DNA of 64,000 nucleotides from NCBI GenBank assembly GCA_964345075.1, contig CAYFPS010000015.1, forward strand, positions 561 to 64,560. The letters are read 5' to 3'. Below, piece after piece: positions 15,886-26,368 of the stretch. The notes beneath the pieces were generated by a model. It was not told the origin of the DNA and made no database searches. It saw only the letters and a program-made list of their open reading frames with translations. Within the stretch, counting starts at the first letter, position 1. Each line of letters starts with the position of its first letter. This stretch comes from an uncultured Bacteroidaceae bacterium (GTDB lineage: Bacteria; CAIWAD01). The translations under genes were made by a program, and so were the position numbers.

Positions 15886-18718
15886 ATGTCTCGTCTATTA
15901 GCCCCTGTCAGCGGTGTTCTGCTTCTGCTTGCAACCGGACTGCTGGCAGCAAACATTGACGAAGCCGTTCTCGCCAGAATGGAAATGGCCAAACAGGATT
16001 CGGTGATCACTGTCTTGCTCGTACTGGAAGAGCAGGCAGACCTGAGGAGCCTTGATCAAAGCCTGACTGCGCGTAAGGCCAGCCGGGCGGAGCGTCACCG
16101 GGAAGTTATTCGCGTGTTACAAGGAGTTGCAGAACAAAGCCAGTCAGCCCTGCTGGACAATCTGACGCTTCATCGCGAATCAGGTCTGGTCAAGGCTTTC
16201 AAACAGCACTGGCTGATCAATGCTGTTGATGTTACCTGCCGGCCTGATCTGGTCTACCTGTTGGCGGATTTCCCCGGCATCGAGTCTGTTCAGGGCGAAC
16301 TGAATCCCGCACTTGTCAGGCATCCCTGTCAACCGGACAATATGCAGCGTGATACAAGCAGCACTCTGACAACTCCGGCTGCCTTGCAAACCATTGGCGT
16401 GGACCGCGTATGGCATGAACTGGGGATTACCGGCGAAGGAGCATTGCTTGGCTCGATCGATTCCGGTGTCAACATGAATCACGAGTCCATCGCCTCCAAG
16501 TGGCGCGGCTTGCAGGCCCCGGTTGATCAGTGTTGGCGCGACGCTACAGGATACTTGCCGATGCCTTGGGATTGGTTTGGCCGCGGAACGGCAGCGGTTA
16601 GCTTGATGATTGGGATCACACCCACGGATACCATCGGAGTCTGCCCTGATGCAAAGTGGATTGCTTCCAATGCCGACACACCCGGAGTGGCGATTAATGG
16701 TCCCTGGCAGATCGATGCGCTTGAGTGGCTGGCTGAGCCGGACAACAATCCCGAAACCATCGATGATGTCCCCGATGTCGTGCATAACGGCTGGGGTTTC
16801 ATTGGATTTGCAACTTTTGATGTCTGTGATACACGCTGGTGGGAAGCCATCGACAACATGGAGATGCTTGGTGTCTGCACAGTATGGCCGGTTGGCGACG
16901 AAGCAGAAAACCATGGCGACATCCTACTCCCTGCAAGCAGGGCTTCCTCTGAACTGAACGCCTTCTCCACCGGGAGCTGCAACTCGATTGGAAGCGCTGT
17001 GTCCCCCTTTTCCAGCCATGGCCAGGCACAGGAAGAGTGCGGAAGCTTTGCCGGCAAGCCCTGAAGTCATTGCCCCCGGCGAGCACCTCTACACCGCCAA
17101 CGCGGCAAGCGATCATGGCTACATCATGATGACGGGAACGTCTCTTGCCAACGCGCTTGTCGCCGGCGTCTTTGGTTTGATGCGCTCGGCTGACCCGGAT
17201 ATAGAAGTTTCAACCATGAAGCGAATCCTCATTGAAACCTGTCGGGATCTGGGTGATGAGGGTGAAGACGAACTCTGGGGCTGGGGTCTGATCGATGCGC
17301 ATGAAGCATTGGTTGCTGTCTCACAAGGCCTTGGTCATGTACAGGGCACTATTCTTGCCGTGGAGAGTGGACAAGCCCTATCCAATGTGCGAGTGAGTCA
17401 TCCCGCGAGCAATCGCATGACGAGTGCAAACCAGGATGGCTATTACACGCTCCGTCTTCCGGCGGGCCAACAGACCCTGCGCGCCGAGGTTGATGGGTTT
17501 TGCGCACACGAATGGGATGTTGACATAGGCGATCATCTGGTGAGTCCCTGCGACATTCAACTGGAGCGATTGCCCTCAAGAACAGTCGCCGGTCGTTTGT
17601 TGAAATCCAGCGGTGACCCCATAGCGCAGGCACTGGTGACGGCTCCTGGTATTCCTTTTGCCTGTGATACAACCGACAGGGATGGCGCATTTCACTTACT
17701 CCTGCCAATTGGTCAGACCATTCGTATTGTATCACAGACTGACTTTCGCCCGTTTAGTCGTTGTGCGGGACCGGATGAGTACGGCTACATGGCCTTTGAT
17801 CTTGCCGATCAGTCCTCGACAGTCGTTGACCTGGAAGTAACCGAACAGACCGACCAAATCGTTCTTCTGGTCAATCCGCCCTGGGATATAGATGCCCCGC
17901 TGCTTGATCCCGAGGAAGGGGGACCGGGCCTTGCCCTTGACTTTTCTGCCGGTCAGCCCCAGGTTCAGACCCTGCCACTGCCCTTTGACTTCATGTATTA
18001 CGGAAACCCCTATCAGGAGATCAGCATTTGCGCGAATGGGTGGATGGCCATGGGCCATACAAACAGCACGGATCCGACGAACAGTGCGATTCCAGATCCG
18101 GAGGATGGTCCAGCTGCCCTGATCGCCCCCTTCTGGGATGCACTTGCGCCATTTGTACCCGCTTCGGGCTCGATTTCCACGCTACATGACACGCAGTTCA
18201 ATCGCTTCATTATCGAGTTCAACCGGATTCGTCACCATTTGCCCGCCACAGCATTTGAAAGTTTCAGGTTGATCCTGCTTGATCCAGAGTCCTATCCCAC
18301 GCTTTCAGGAGATGGAGCCTTTGTAATGGAGTATCTGGAGATTGGTGATCCATCAAGCTGCACGATTGGAATTGAATCACCTGATGGCAGCATGGGAATT
18401 CAATACCACTTCGGTGACTCGGTGTCCGGCCAGGACGATGCAAACATGCCGCTGCAAAACGGACTTTCCGTCTTGTATACAACAGGGCTCCTTGCTCAGT
18501 CCTACCTGCCGGCACCGACAAATCTTCGTATCACAAATCTCGCCGGACAACGAATCCGGCTGGATTGGTCGGCAATTTTTGGAGCCACCGGTTACAGTGT
18601 GGAAGAGTTGCGGGAGGGCCAGTGGCAGAGGGTGGCGCAGGTGACTGAAAATAGTCATGAAATGCTGCCAAATGCGGGTGTTCATCTTTTCAGGGTGAGG
18701 ACTCTGATTGAGCACTGA
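15886..18718 (+). CDS. Secreted S8 subtilase paralogue 2, catalytic His replaced; apparent 1-bp insertion at about 17060
   Basis: GGAGG RBS then MSRLLAP. The two track ORFs join if AAGCCCTGAA is read as AAG CCT GAA (KPEVIAPG). Motifs read IDSG, GRGTA, VGDE and GTSL. Confidence 0.85.
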
Positions 18719-19071
18719 TCTCCGGGAACTCTTACAGTCCGCCAGAAAAATCGCTGGTATGGGCAACATACAGGGAACCCAAAAGCGGCGACAAAGTACC
18801 TCCCCGGGCGGGTGGGGAGGTGGTGGGTGGGCGAAACCTTCGACCACGGCACATTCTGTATCAACAAAGTGGTGGAGGGCCCGGCCCCTTCACCCTTCAT
18901 TTGTAAAGATTCCCGAACATCCTCGCCAGAGACGTCCATAGAATCGTCCTGGGTCAAGGAACTTATACCCTTGAACAGCAAGCACATTATTTCATACTGG
19001 CCCCATTTCGGAGCGGCCCGATTTTTGCACAATAATGCTGTTTGATCAAAAGGCGAGAAAAGGAGAACGCT

Positions 19072-21918
19072 GTGCGCTTTCGCCCCATTTTATCCCTTGC
19101 TGCAAGCTTGAGCCTTGCTGCACTTGCTTCGGCAGGAACAATTGGTTCCGGGCTTCGCGCCCAGCTGGACGCTCTTCACCCCGGTGACGAGCTGAAGGTC
19201 ATGGTTATTCTGGAAGCCCGGGCTGATGTCGAGCTGCTGGATCAGGCCCTGCGCGAAAAGCGCGCCTCCATGGCTGAGCGACATCTGACCGTCATGCGGG
19301 CGCTGCAAGATGTGGCCGCTGAAAGCCAGCCTGCCGTAACTAGCGAGCTGGACGGCCTGCAGCAGAAAGGCGTCGTCCTGGGCTACACGCCACACTGGCT
19401 GCTCAACGGCATTGTTGTGCGGACACTGGCCTCCGGGGTGCCCGAACTGGCCGCCATCCCCGGTGTGGACGTGGTCGAGGCTGATCTTGTCCCCGAGCTG
19501 ATCGAGCCTGTTCAGGTTGGTGATACAGGCGGCAGGGATAACAGTCGCGAGATCGGCATTACGCCCGGCATTCAGGCGCTGCAGGCCGACCGCGTCTGGT
19601 ATGAACTGGGTATCACGGGTGAAGGTGTGATCGTCGCCAACATGGACACGGGCGTCAACGTGAATCACGAGAGCTTGAGCGCTCGCTGGCGCGGAAACGT
19701 TGCCAATGCCGCTCACTGCTGGTGGGATGCCTGGGGCAGCAGTAGCACGCCCAATGACGGCAACGGACACGGTACCCATGTGATGGGCACGATTACGGGG
19801 CTGGCTTCAGGCGACTCCATCGGTGTCTGCCCGGGTGCGCAGTGGATTGCGACAAATGTGATCGATTCAGGCACGGGGTCGTCCTTTGACAATGCCGTGA
19901 TCGCCGGGTTGGAATGGCTTTCCGATCCCGACAACAATGCCTTTACGGTGGATGACATGCCGGATGTGGTCCAGCACAGCTGGGGTGTCAACGAGAGCTT
20001 CTCCGGTTACACGGACTGTGACAACCGCTGGTGGGAAGCCATTGACAACTGCGAAGCGCTGGGTGTGGTCAACACCTGGTCAGCGGGAAATGAAGGCCCT
20101 TCCGGCAGCACCATGCGCAGCCCGGCCGATCGCGCCATGAGTGCGACCAACTGCTTTTCGGTGGGCAGTTGTAACACAAGCGGTACAACCATCTCCAGTT
20201 TTTCCAGTCGCGGCCCGGCGGGCAACAGCTGCGGCTTTTACAACATCAAGCCGGAAGTTACCGCGCCCGGTGACAACATCTATTCCGCAAATGCCTCCAG
20301 CACCACGGGCTATGTCTACATGAGCGGAACCTCGATGGCCGGCCCTCATGTGGCGGGCGTGGTAGGTCTGATGCGTGGCGCCAATCCAGATCTGGATGTG
20401 CAGAGCATCAAGACCATCCTGATGGAAACCTGTGAGGATCGCGGAACAGCCGGTGAAGACAATATCTGGGGCTGGGGACTGGTCAATGCCTACGAGGCCG
20501 TGCTCGCCGCCTCCAGCGGTTTTGCCGAGATCAGTGGAACGATCACGGCGGAAGACACGGGTGAGGCGCTGGCGGGCATTCTGATTGAAGTGCCAGAAGC
20601 CAATCGCACAGCCACGACTGGAGCAAATGGCCAGTACAGCCTGACCATGCCGGCGGGCGAATTCGAATTCCAGGCCAGTGGTTATGGTTTTGAATCACAC
20701 GCATGGACGGTCTTGCTGGAAAGTCAGGATGTGCTGGTATCCGACCAGAGCCTGAATCGTCTGCCCTCTGCTCTGGTTATGGGGACTGTCCGCGCGCCGG
20801 ATGGATCACCGCTCTCCGAGGCGGTTGTCGAGGCTTTGGGTACGCCGCTTGCCTCCCAGACCACCGATCTGGACGGTCGTTTTCAGTTCCTGCTGCCGGT
20901 CAGTTACGAAGTCACGATCGTCAGCCGGGCCAATGAACTGCCCACCAGCGTGGCGCAGGGTCCTGATGCACATGGCTACTTTGCCTTCGACTCCAGCGAC
21001 TGGGCATCTGTATCACAGACTCTGACCGTCCCGGCAGAGGGCGCCGACCTTGACATGATGTCGACCAACAGCTTCAGCTATGACTGGCAGACGCTCGATC
21101 CCGACGAAGGTGGAATTGGCACTGCGCTTGATTTCAGCGCTGGCGATGACATCACCGTGTTGCAGGACCTGCCCTTCGACTTCATGTATTACGGCAACAG
21201 TTACAGTCAGGTCAGCATTTGCGGAAATGGCTGGGTGGCCTTTGGCAACACGGACGAAACCGATTACAGCAACAGCGCCATCCCGGATGGAACCGACGGC
21301 CCGGCAGCCATGGTGGCGGTCCTGTGGGAAGATTACAGCCCGCAGCAGGAAGTTAGCGGGAACATTTCCGTGTATCACGATCAGGCAGGTGGCCGCTTCA
21401 TCATCGAGTACAATCACATTCGCCAGTACACGCCGATCAGTGCCTTTGAGAGTTTTCAGTTGATCCTGCTGGATCCCGCAGTTCATGAAACCATCAGTGG
21501 TGACGGGGCAATGATCCTGCAGTACAGCGAGATTACAGATACAAGCAGCGCTACAGTCGGAATTGAAAGCCCGGATGCTTCAACAGGCCTGCAGTACTAC
21601 TTCGCAGACAGTGGCGACAATTACGCAGACGAGAATTTGCCGATTGAAGCCGGTGCTGCGATTCTGATTACCACCGGACTGACAGGCAGTTCGCTTCCGC
21701 TAATGCCGGTCACGGACCTTGTCATCGAGCTGCTACCCAACCTGAACCTGCAGCTTGGCTGGACGCCTGCAGCAGGCGCGGTTTCTTACCGCATTGAGGA
21801 AAAGCTTGGTGAAGGCTGGGTTCCGCTGGGTGAGACAACTTCAAGCGAATGGCTGATTGACTACCATCCCGGGGTCGGTCAGTATCGTGTGATCAGCCTG
21901 GCGCCGGACCAGAACTAG
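19072..21918 (+). CDS. Secreted S8 subtilase paralogue 3, intact triad
   Basis: AGGAGA RBS and GTG start. MDTG (Asp), GHGTHVMG (His), SAGNEG (oxyanion Asn) and SGTSMAGPHVAG (Ser). Same downstream domains as paralogues 1 and 2. Confidence 0.92.
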   Translation: MRFRPILSLAASLSLAALASAGTIGSGLRAQLDALHPGDELKVMVILEARADVELLDQALREKRASMAERHLTVMRALQDVAAESQPAVTSELDGLQQKGVVLGYTPHWLLNGIVVRTLASGVPELAAIPGVDVVEADLVPELIEPVQVGDTGGRDNSREIGITPGIQALQADRVWYELGITGEGVIVANMDTGVNVNHESLSARWRGNVANAAHCWWDAWGSSSTPNDGNGHGTHVMGTITGLASGDSIGVCPGAQWIATNVIDSGTGSSFDNAVIAGLEWLSDPDNNAFTVDDMPDVVQHSWGVNESFSGYTDCDNRWWEAIDNCEALGVVNTWSAGNEGPSGSTMRSPADRAMSATNCFSVGSCNTSGTTISSFSSRGPAGNSCGFYNIKPEVTAPGDNIYSANASSTTGYVYMSGTSMAGPHVAGVVGLMRGANPDLDVQSIKTILMETCEDRGTAGEDNIWGWGLVNAYEAVLAASSGFAEISGTITAEDTGEALAGILIEVPEANRTATTGANGQYSLTMPAGEFEFQASGYGFESHAWTVLLESQDVLVSDQSLNRLPSALVMGTVRAPDGSPLSEAVVEALGTPLASQTTDLDGRFQFLLPVSYEVTIVSRANELPTSVAQGPDAHGYFAFDSSDWASVSQTLTVPAEGADLDMMSTNSFSYDWQTLDPDEGGIGTALDFSAGDDITVLQDLPFDFMYYGNSYSQVSICGNGWVAFGNTDETDYSNSAIPDGTDGPAAMVAVLWEDYSPQQEVSGNISVYHDQAGGRFIIEYNHIRQYTPISAFESFQLILLDPAVHETISGDGAMILQYSEITDTSSATVGIESPDASTGLQYYFADSGDNYADENLPIEAGAAILITTGLTGSSLPLMPVTDLVIELLPNLNLQLGWTPAAGAVSYRIEEKLGEGWVPLGETTSSEWLIDYHPGVGQYRVISLAPDQN

Positions 21919-21926
21919 ACGCACCG

Positions 21927-23824
21927 TCAGATACTTTCCTGGGGAGGCTTGTCCTCCCCTTTTTCTTTATCAGCGGGAAAGATCACGGTCAGACAGGTGC
22001 CCACATTCGGCGCGCTGCGAATGGAAATCATTGCGCCATGGCTGCGAGCTATGCCCAGCACGGTGCTAAGTCCCAGTCCACGACCCGTGAACTTTGTAGT
22101 AAAGAAGGGGTCAAAGGCGCGCTTGAGGACTTCCTGCGACATGCCGCTGCCTGTATCACAGACTTCCAGATAAGAGTACTCAGACTGGCTGATGGCGAAT
22201 AGCTGTTCCACCAGGTTCAGTGAATGCGGACGGAAGTCCTTGCGACCGGCCTTGACCTCCACCTTGGGCTCTTCTCCGGCCCCAGTGCGTTTTGCAGCAA
22301 TTGCGCAAGCAGGCGTGTGACAAGATCACGATTTGCCCTGATGAGGGCTTCCGGTTGATTGCAAACCCATGCGACCTGACTTCCATTGCAGAGATGTTTG
22401 AGATCGCGCTTCGCATGACTCAGCAGTTCGCCTATTTCGTGGTTGACGAAACTCACATTGCTCTGGCCAACATAGAGCAGCATCAAACGACTGAGGTCAG
22501 CGAGCTTCATGGCCACTTCGCGAATGCTCTCCAGACCTTCACGTTGTCTCACAGGATCACGCAGTTCATGGCCCATCAATTCGATCTGCCCAAGCTGCAC
22601 GGTCAGCAGGTTGTTGAAGTGATGCGCAACGCTACCCGCCATGGTTTGCAGGCTATCCATGCGACGCCGTTCCTGCTGATCAAGCTCGGCCGCCAGCTTT
22701 TCTGTTTGGTGCTTCTGTGTCACATCGAAGATGATGCCGTCAAGCACGGTTCGGCCTTTGTCCTTCCGCTTGGACGCACGACCGATTTCCCGCACATGAT
22801 GCACGCCTTCTGCCGTGTGTAACACACGGTATTCAATATCCCAGTTCCGATTCTCGGCCATGGCGTGCTCGATGGAAAGGCGAACATAGTCCCGGTCCGC
22901 GGGATGTATCACACTGTTGTAATCCGTACTGCCGTCAAGAAAAGCCGACTGTTTCAGTCCCGTGATTCCTTCAATGGCATCGGAGATATGCAGCATGCTC
23001 CAGGCCTGATCGTCATGGCAGGAATAGATGACCACAGGGCTGCGGCTGGTAATCAGTTTGAGGCGATCGCGTTCCAGCGTCAGGTTGTTTAGAGCCTCGT
23101 GCACGGACTGGGCCAGCTGCCCGATCTCGTCTGGAGCAAAGGTGTAGTCGTGGCGCTCAATAATGCTTTGGCCGTGTTCGTGTAGGTGCTGAAGGGACTT
23201 TTTGAGCGGATGGATCACAATGAAGTGCATCATCGTTCCAAGGCCAACAAGAAGCAGAATGACCGTTACGCTACGGGCAATCAGAAAGACCCGCTTCAGC
23301 TCGCCCTTCTGGCTGTTCATGCGAGTCGGATCAGCAATCCAGACCATCCAGAGAATGTTCTGCGTGTGATCGCCGGAATCAAGTAGCGAGCTGCCAGCAT
23401 CCACCTTCATGGCAATCGGTGTGGTTGTGTGTTCGCGGCCGGCCTGAATGGTATGGATCACGAAGGGAGCCCACTCGTGCTTCAATTCATCCAGCTTGCA
23501 CCCAATCAGGTGCAGTTCATTGGCAGCCAGGATCTGCAGGTCATCCGGACTGACCAGTAGAAGCTGATCCAGAAAGGGACTGCCCCCTGCAACACTGATG
23601 TACTGCTGCACCTGGCTCATGTGATTCATCGCGCCTATTGCGTACACGGCCGAAAGCGCCGAGCTGCGATCACGCACTGAGACATTCTCGTTAATCCAGC
23701 GATCCAGGCTACCCTGCACCAGAAAAACGGCGATATGGGTGGCAACCAGCAGCAGAAGGATGGTTGGAAGGAAAATCTTGACGCGAATGCTGCCACGCAC
23801 GCGGCTGTAAATCGACCGGATCAC
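21927..23824 (-). CDS. PAS-domain sensor histidine kinase; apparent 1-bp deletion at about 22282
   Basis: Two TM segments, PAS (IHPADRDYV, EYRVLH), H-box VAHHFNNLL and N-box LLQNAL. The G1/F/G2 boxes (CDTGSGM, DPFFTTKFTGRGLGLS) lie in the adjacent frame. Confidence 0.85.
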
Positions 23825-24755
23825 TCAATGGCTCCCTTGATGGGATGTCGAAACTGGACATTGCCAAGTGGGTGGTCGCTCTCTTCAAGCTGCATCAGTC
23901 TGCTGCAATCAAGCATGTTCTGCCTCAGAGCACCCTCACTGAAGAAGGCTTCCTGCTCCTCCAGAGTGAAGAGCTTGATGGAGGCAAGCGAGCTGCGAAA
24001 CTCGTCGACTGTCACACGCTCCCGATTGGCCATCAGGGAATCCGCCACAGCAGGCTCATTGCTTCTGTATTTGATGGCTTCCTGCAGGCCACGAATCAGC
24101 AGGTCGACTTGCTGACCGTGTTCTTCCATCTCTTCAGAATCCACAACCAGCAAATCCAGGATCAGCTCGGGAGAATGCGAGGTATCGTATACCGTGTGTG
24201 CCCCGTCCATCTCAAGCAGCTCCTGGCTGTAGGGGTAATAGGTGACCACAGCGTCGACGTCACCTTCATCAAAGGCGTGAATCAACTCGTACTGATTTCC
24301 GTGATACAACTGGATCGAATCAGGATCCAGCTGAAAATGTTCAATCAGGTGATGGAGCAGCAAGGTGCTGACTGCACCATGTTCAACACCAACCCGCGCC
24401 CCTTCAAGACTTCCAACGTTCTCAATAGATGGTGCAGCCACGACAAGATCCGCACCGATGCTGGCATCCAGGACATATGCCACGGTCATGTCGTGTCCTT
24501 TCCTCGCAAGAATTTCAAGCTCTGCATTTGTGCACAAAAGAGCGCTTATTTGATGCAGCTCGAAGGCTCTGCGGCTGTCGCCCAGATCGAGATATCCACT
24601 AGCTTGATCTCATCTCTGGGCAGCAAATTCAGGTCATCAGAGAGATGCAGAAACTCGTAGGCTGGAAAAACGCTGATACCCACCCGAAATATGCTTTTCG
24701 GGTTTTGTCCGCAGCTTGATGCAAGCAGGAGCAAAACAAACAGCAGCCGGCGCAT
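23821..24755 (-). CDS. NMT1/SsuA-like solute-binding lipoprotein; apparent 1-bp deletion at about 24592
   Basis: Lipobox LASSC, RVGISVFPAYEFL, DASIGADLVV, LEGARVGVEHG and AVVTYYPY. Track ORFs 24546-24755 and 23821-24537 join with one added base (VDYLDLGDSRRAFE). Confidence 0.75.
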
Positions 24756-24888
24756 CGTTTGAATCCTTTCTGCTTTTCACACTGGAAGGGGGGACGCTTG
24801 ATTCATCGGAACTATTGTCATCAATCTTGACCTTCGCATGAGGGTGATTCAGTATTCACCCTGCTCTCATGATTTCAGCCATGGGCGT

Positions 24889-24912
24889 AAAAAAGGCCCC
24901 ATAAAGGGGCCC
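24889..24912 (-). terminator. Intrinsic terminator after rocD
   Basis: Minus strand reads GGGCCCC-TTTAT-GGGGCC followed by TTTTTT. Confidence 0.75.
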
Positions 24913-24933
24913 ATGATTTCGTTTTGAAAGCGG

Positions 24934-26166
24934 CTAAAACTGCTTGAAGGTCTTTTCGATGATCCCCACGCTTTCGGCGATCTGCTCTTCAGAAATGACC
25001 AGTGGCGGAGCAAAGCGGATGATGTGGTCGTGGGTGGGCTTGGCCAACAGACCATTGTCCTTCAGAGCCACACAAATGTCCCAGGCCGTTTTGCCTTCCT
25101 TGGGCGTGACGACAACGGCATTAAGCAGCCCCTTGCCGCGCACCTCGCCGATCATCTCATGCTTGATTGCGCGGACACCTTCGCGGAACTTCTGACCCAG
25201 CTCCTCGGCGCGCTCGGCCAGCTTTTCATCCAGCACAACCTGCAGGGCCGCCATCGCCACACGGCAGGCCAGCGGATTGCCGCCAAAGGTGCTGCCATGC
25301 TCGCCCGGCTTGATGCAGAGCATGATATCGCGATCGGCCAGAACGGCTGAAACGGGCATGACGCCACCGGAGAGTGCCTTGCCCAGAATCACGATGTCCG
25401 GGCGAACCTCCTCGTGCTCCACACAGAGCATGCGTCCGGTGCGCGCAATGCCGGTCTGCACTTCGTCGGCGATGAAGAGCACATTGTTTTCCGTGCAGAT
25501 CTCCCTTACGCCCTTCAAATAGCCTTCGTCGGGCACGAAGACACCCGCCTCGCCCTGAATCGGCTCCACCAGAAAGGCGCAGACATCGGGATCGCTGGCG
25601 GCCTGCCTCAAGGCTTCCAGATCGTTGTAGGGAATCTTCACGAAGCCCGGCAGGAAGGGGCCGAAGCCATCGGTGCAGTCCGGATCCGTGCTGGCGCTGA
25701 TAATGCCCATGGTGCGACCGTGGAAGTTGCCCTCGGCCACAATGATTTTCGCGCGGTCGGTGCCAATGCCCTTCTTCACATAGCCCCACTTGCGGGCCAG
25801 CTTGCAGGCGGTTTCGTCACCTTCAACGCCGCTGTTCATGGGCAGTACCATGTCGTAACCGAAGAGCTCGGTCACGAACTTCTCGTACTCGCCCAGCACA
25901 TTGTTGAAAAAGGCGCGGCTGGTCAGCGTCAGTGTGCGGGCCTGTTCGACCATGGCATCGATGATGGCCGGATGGCAGTGTCCCTGATTGACCGCACTGT
26001 AGGCGGAAAGAAAGTCGTAGTAGCGCTTGCCTTCGGGATCCCAGACATGAACGCCTTCGCCCCTGGCCAGCACGACGGGCAGCGGGTGATAATTGTGCGC
26101 ACCGTAGTGCTCCTCGAGCTCCATTGCCTTTGCGCTGGATACGCTTCCGAACGTGAGTTCCGCCAT
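24934..26166 (-). CDS. rocD: Ornithine-oxo-acid aminotransferase
   Basis: [50 protein letters not shown]-lysine ILGKALSGG and [11 protein letters not shown]. Confidence 0.95.
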   Translation of the reverse strand: MAELTFGSVSSAKAMELEEHYGAHNYHPLPVVLARGEGVHVWDPEGKRYYDFLSAYSAVNQGHCHPAIIDAMVEQARTLTLTSRAFFNNVLGEYEKFVTELFGYDMVLPMNSGVEGDETACKLARKWGYVKKGIGTDRAKIIVAEGNFHGRTMGIISASTDPDCTDGFGPFLPGFVKIPYNDLEALRQAASDPDVCAFLVEPIQGEAGVFVPDEGYLKGVREICTENNVLFIADEVQTGIARTGRMLCVEHEEVRPDIVILGKALSGGVMPVSAVLADRDIMLCIKPGEHGSTFGGNPLACRVAMAALQVVLDEKLAERAEELGQKFREGVRAIKHEMIGEVRGKGLLNAVVVTPKEGKTAWDICVALKDNGLLAKPTHDHIIRFAPPLVISEEQIAESVGIIEKTFKQF

Positions 26167-26368
26167 CGGTCCGGTCTCCCTTTATGTTGAAACACTTGCG
26201 AGTCCGCTGAATTTCGGAATTGACTGCCGAATGGCCAATGGCCAAGCCCGGGAAGCGGAAATGGCAGGATGACTCAAGCACTTTGCCGATTGCCGTCGAT
26301 TGGCAAGGCAAGCTCTCTTAAGATAGATTGCAGGGTTACCACGCTCCGGAACAAAGTCTGGAATCAAG

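Noticed and set aside
18858-18900. SAM-I riboswitch-like string ATCAAC...GGTGGAGGGCCCGGCCC
   Set aside because: The downstream SAM-I elements (GCAACC and GTGCxAAxTCC) are missing, the segment folds as a simple hairpin, and the downstream gene is unrelated to sulfur metabolism.
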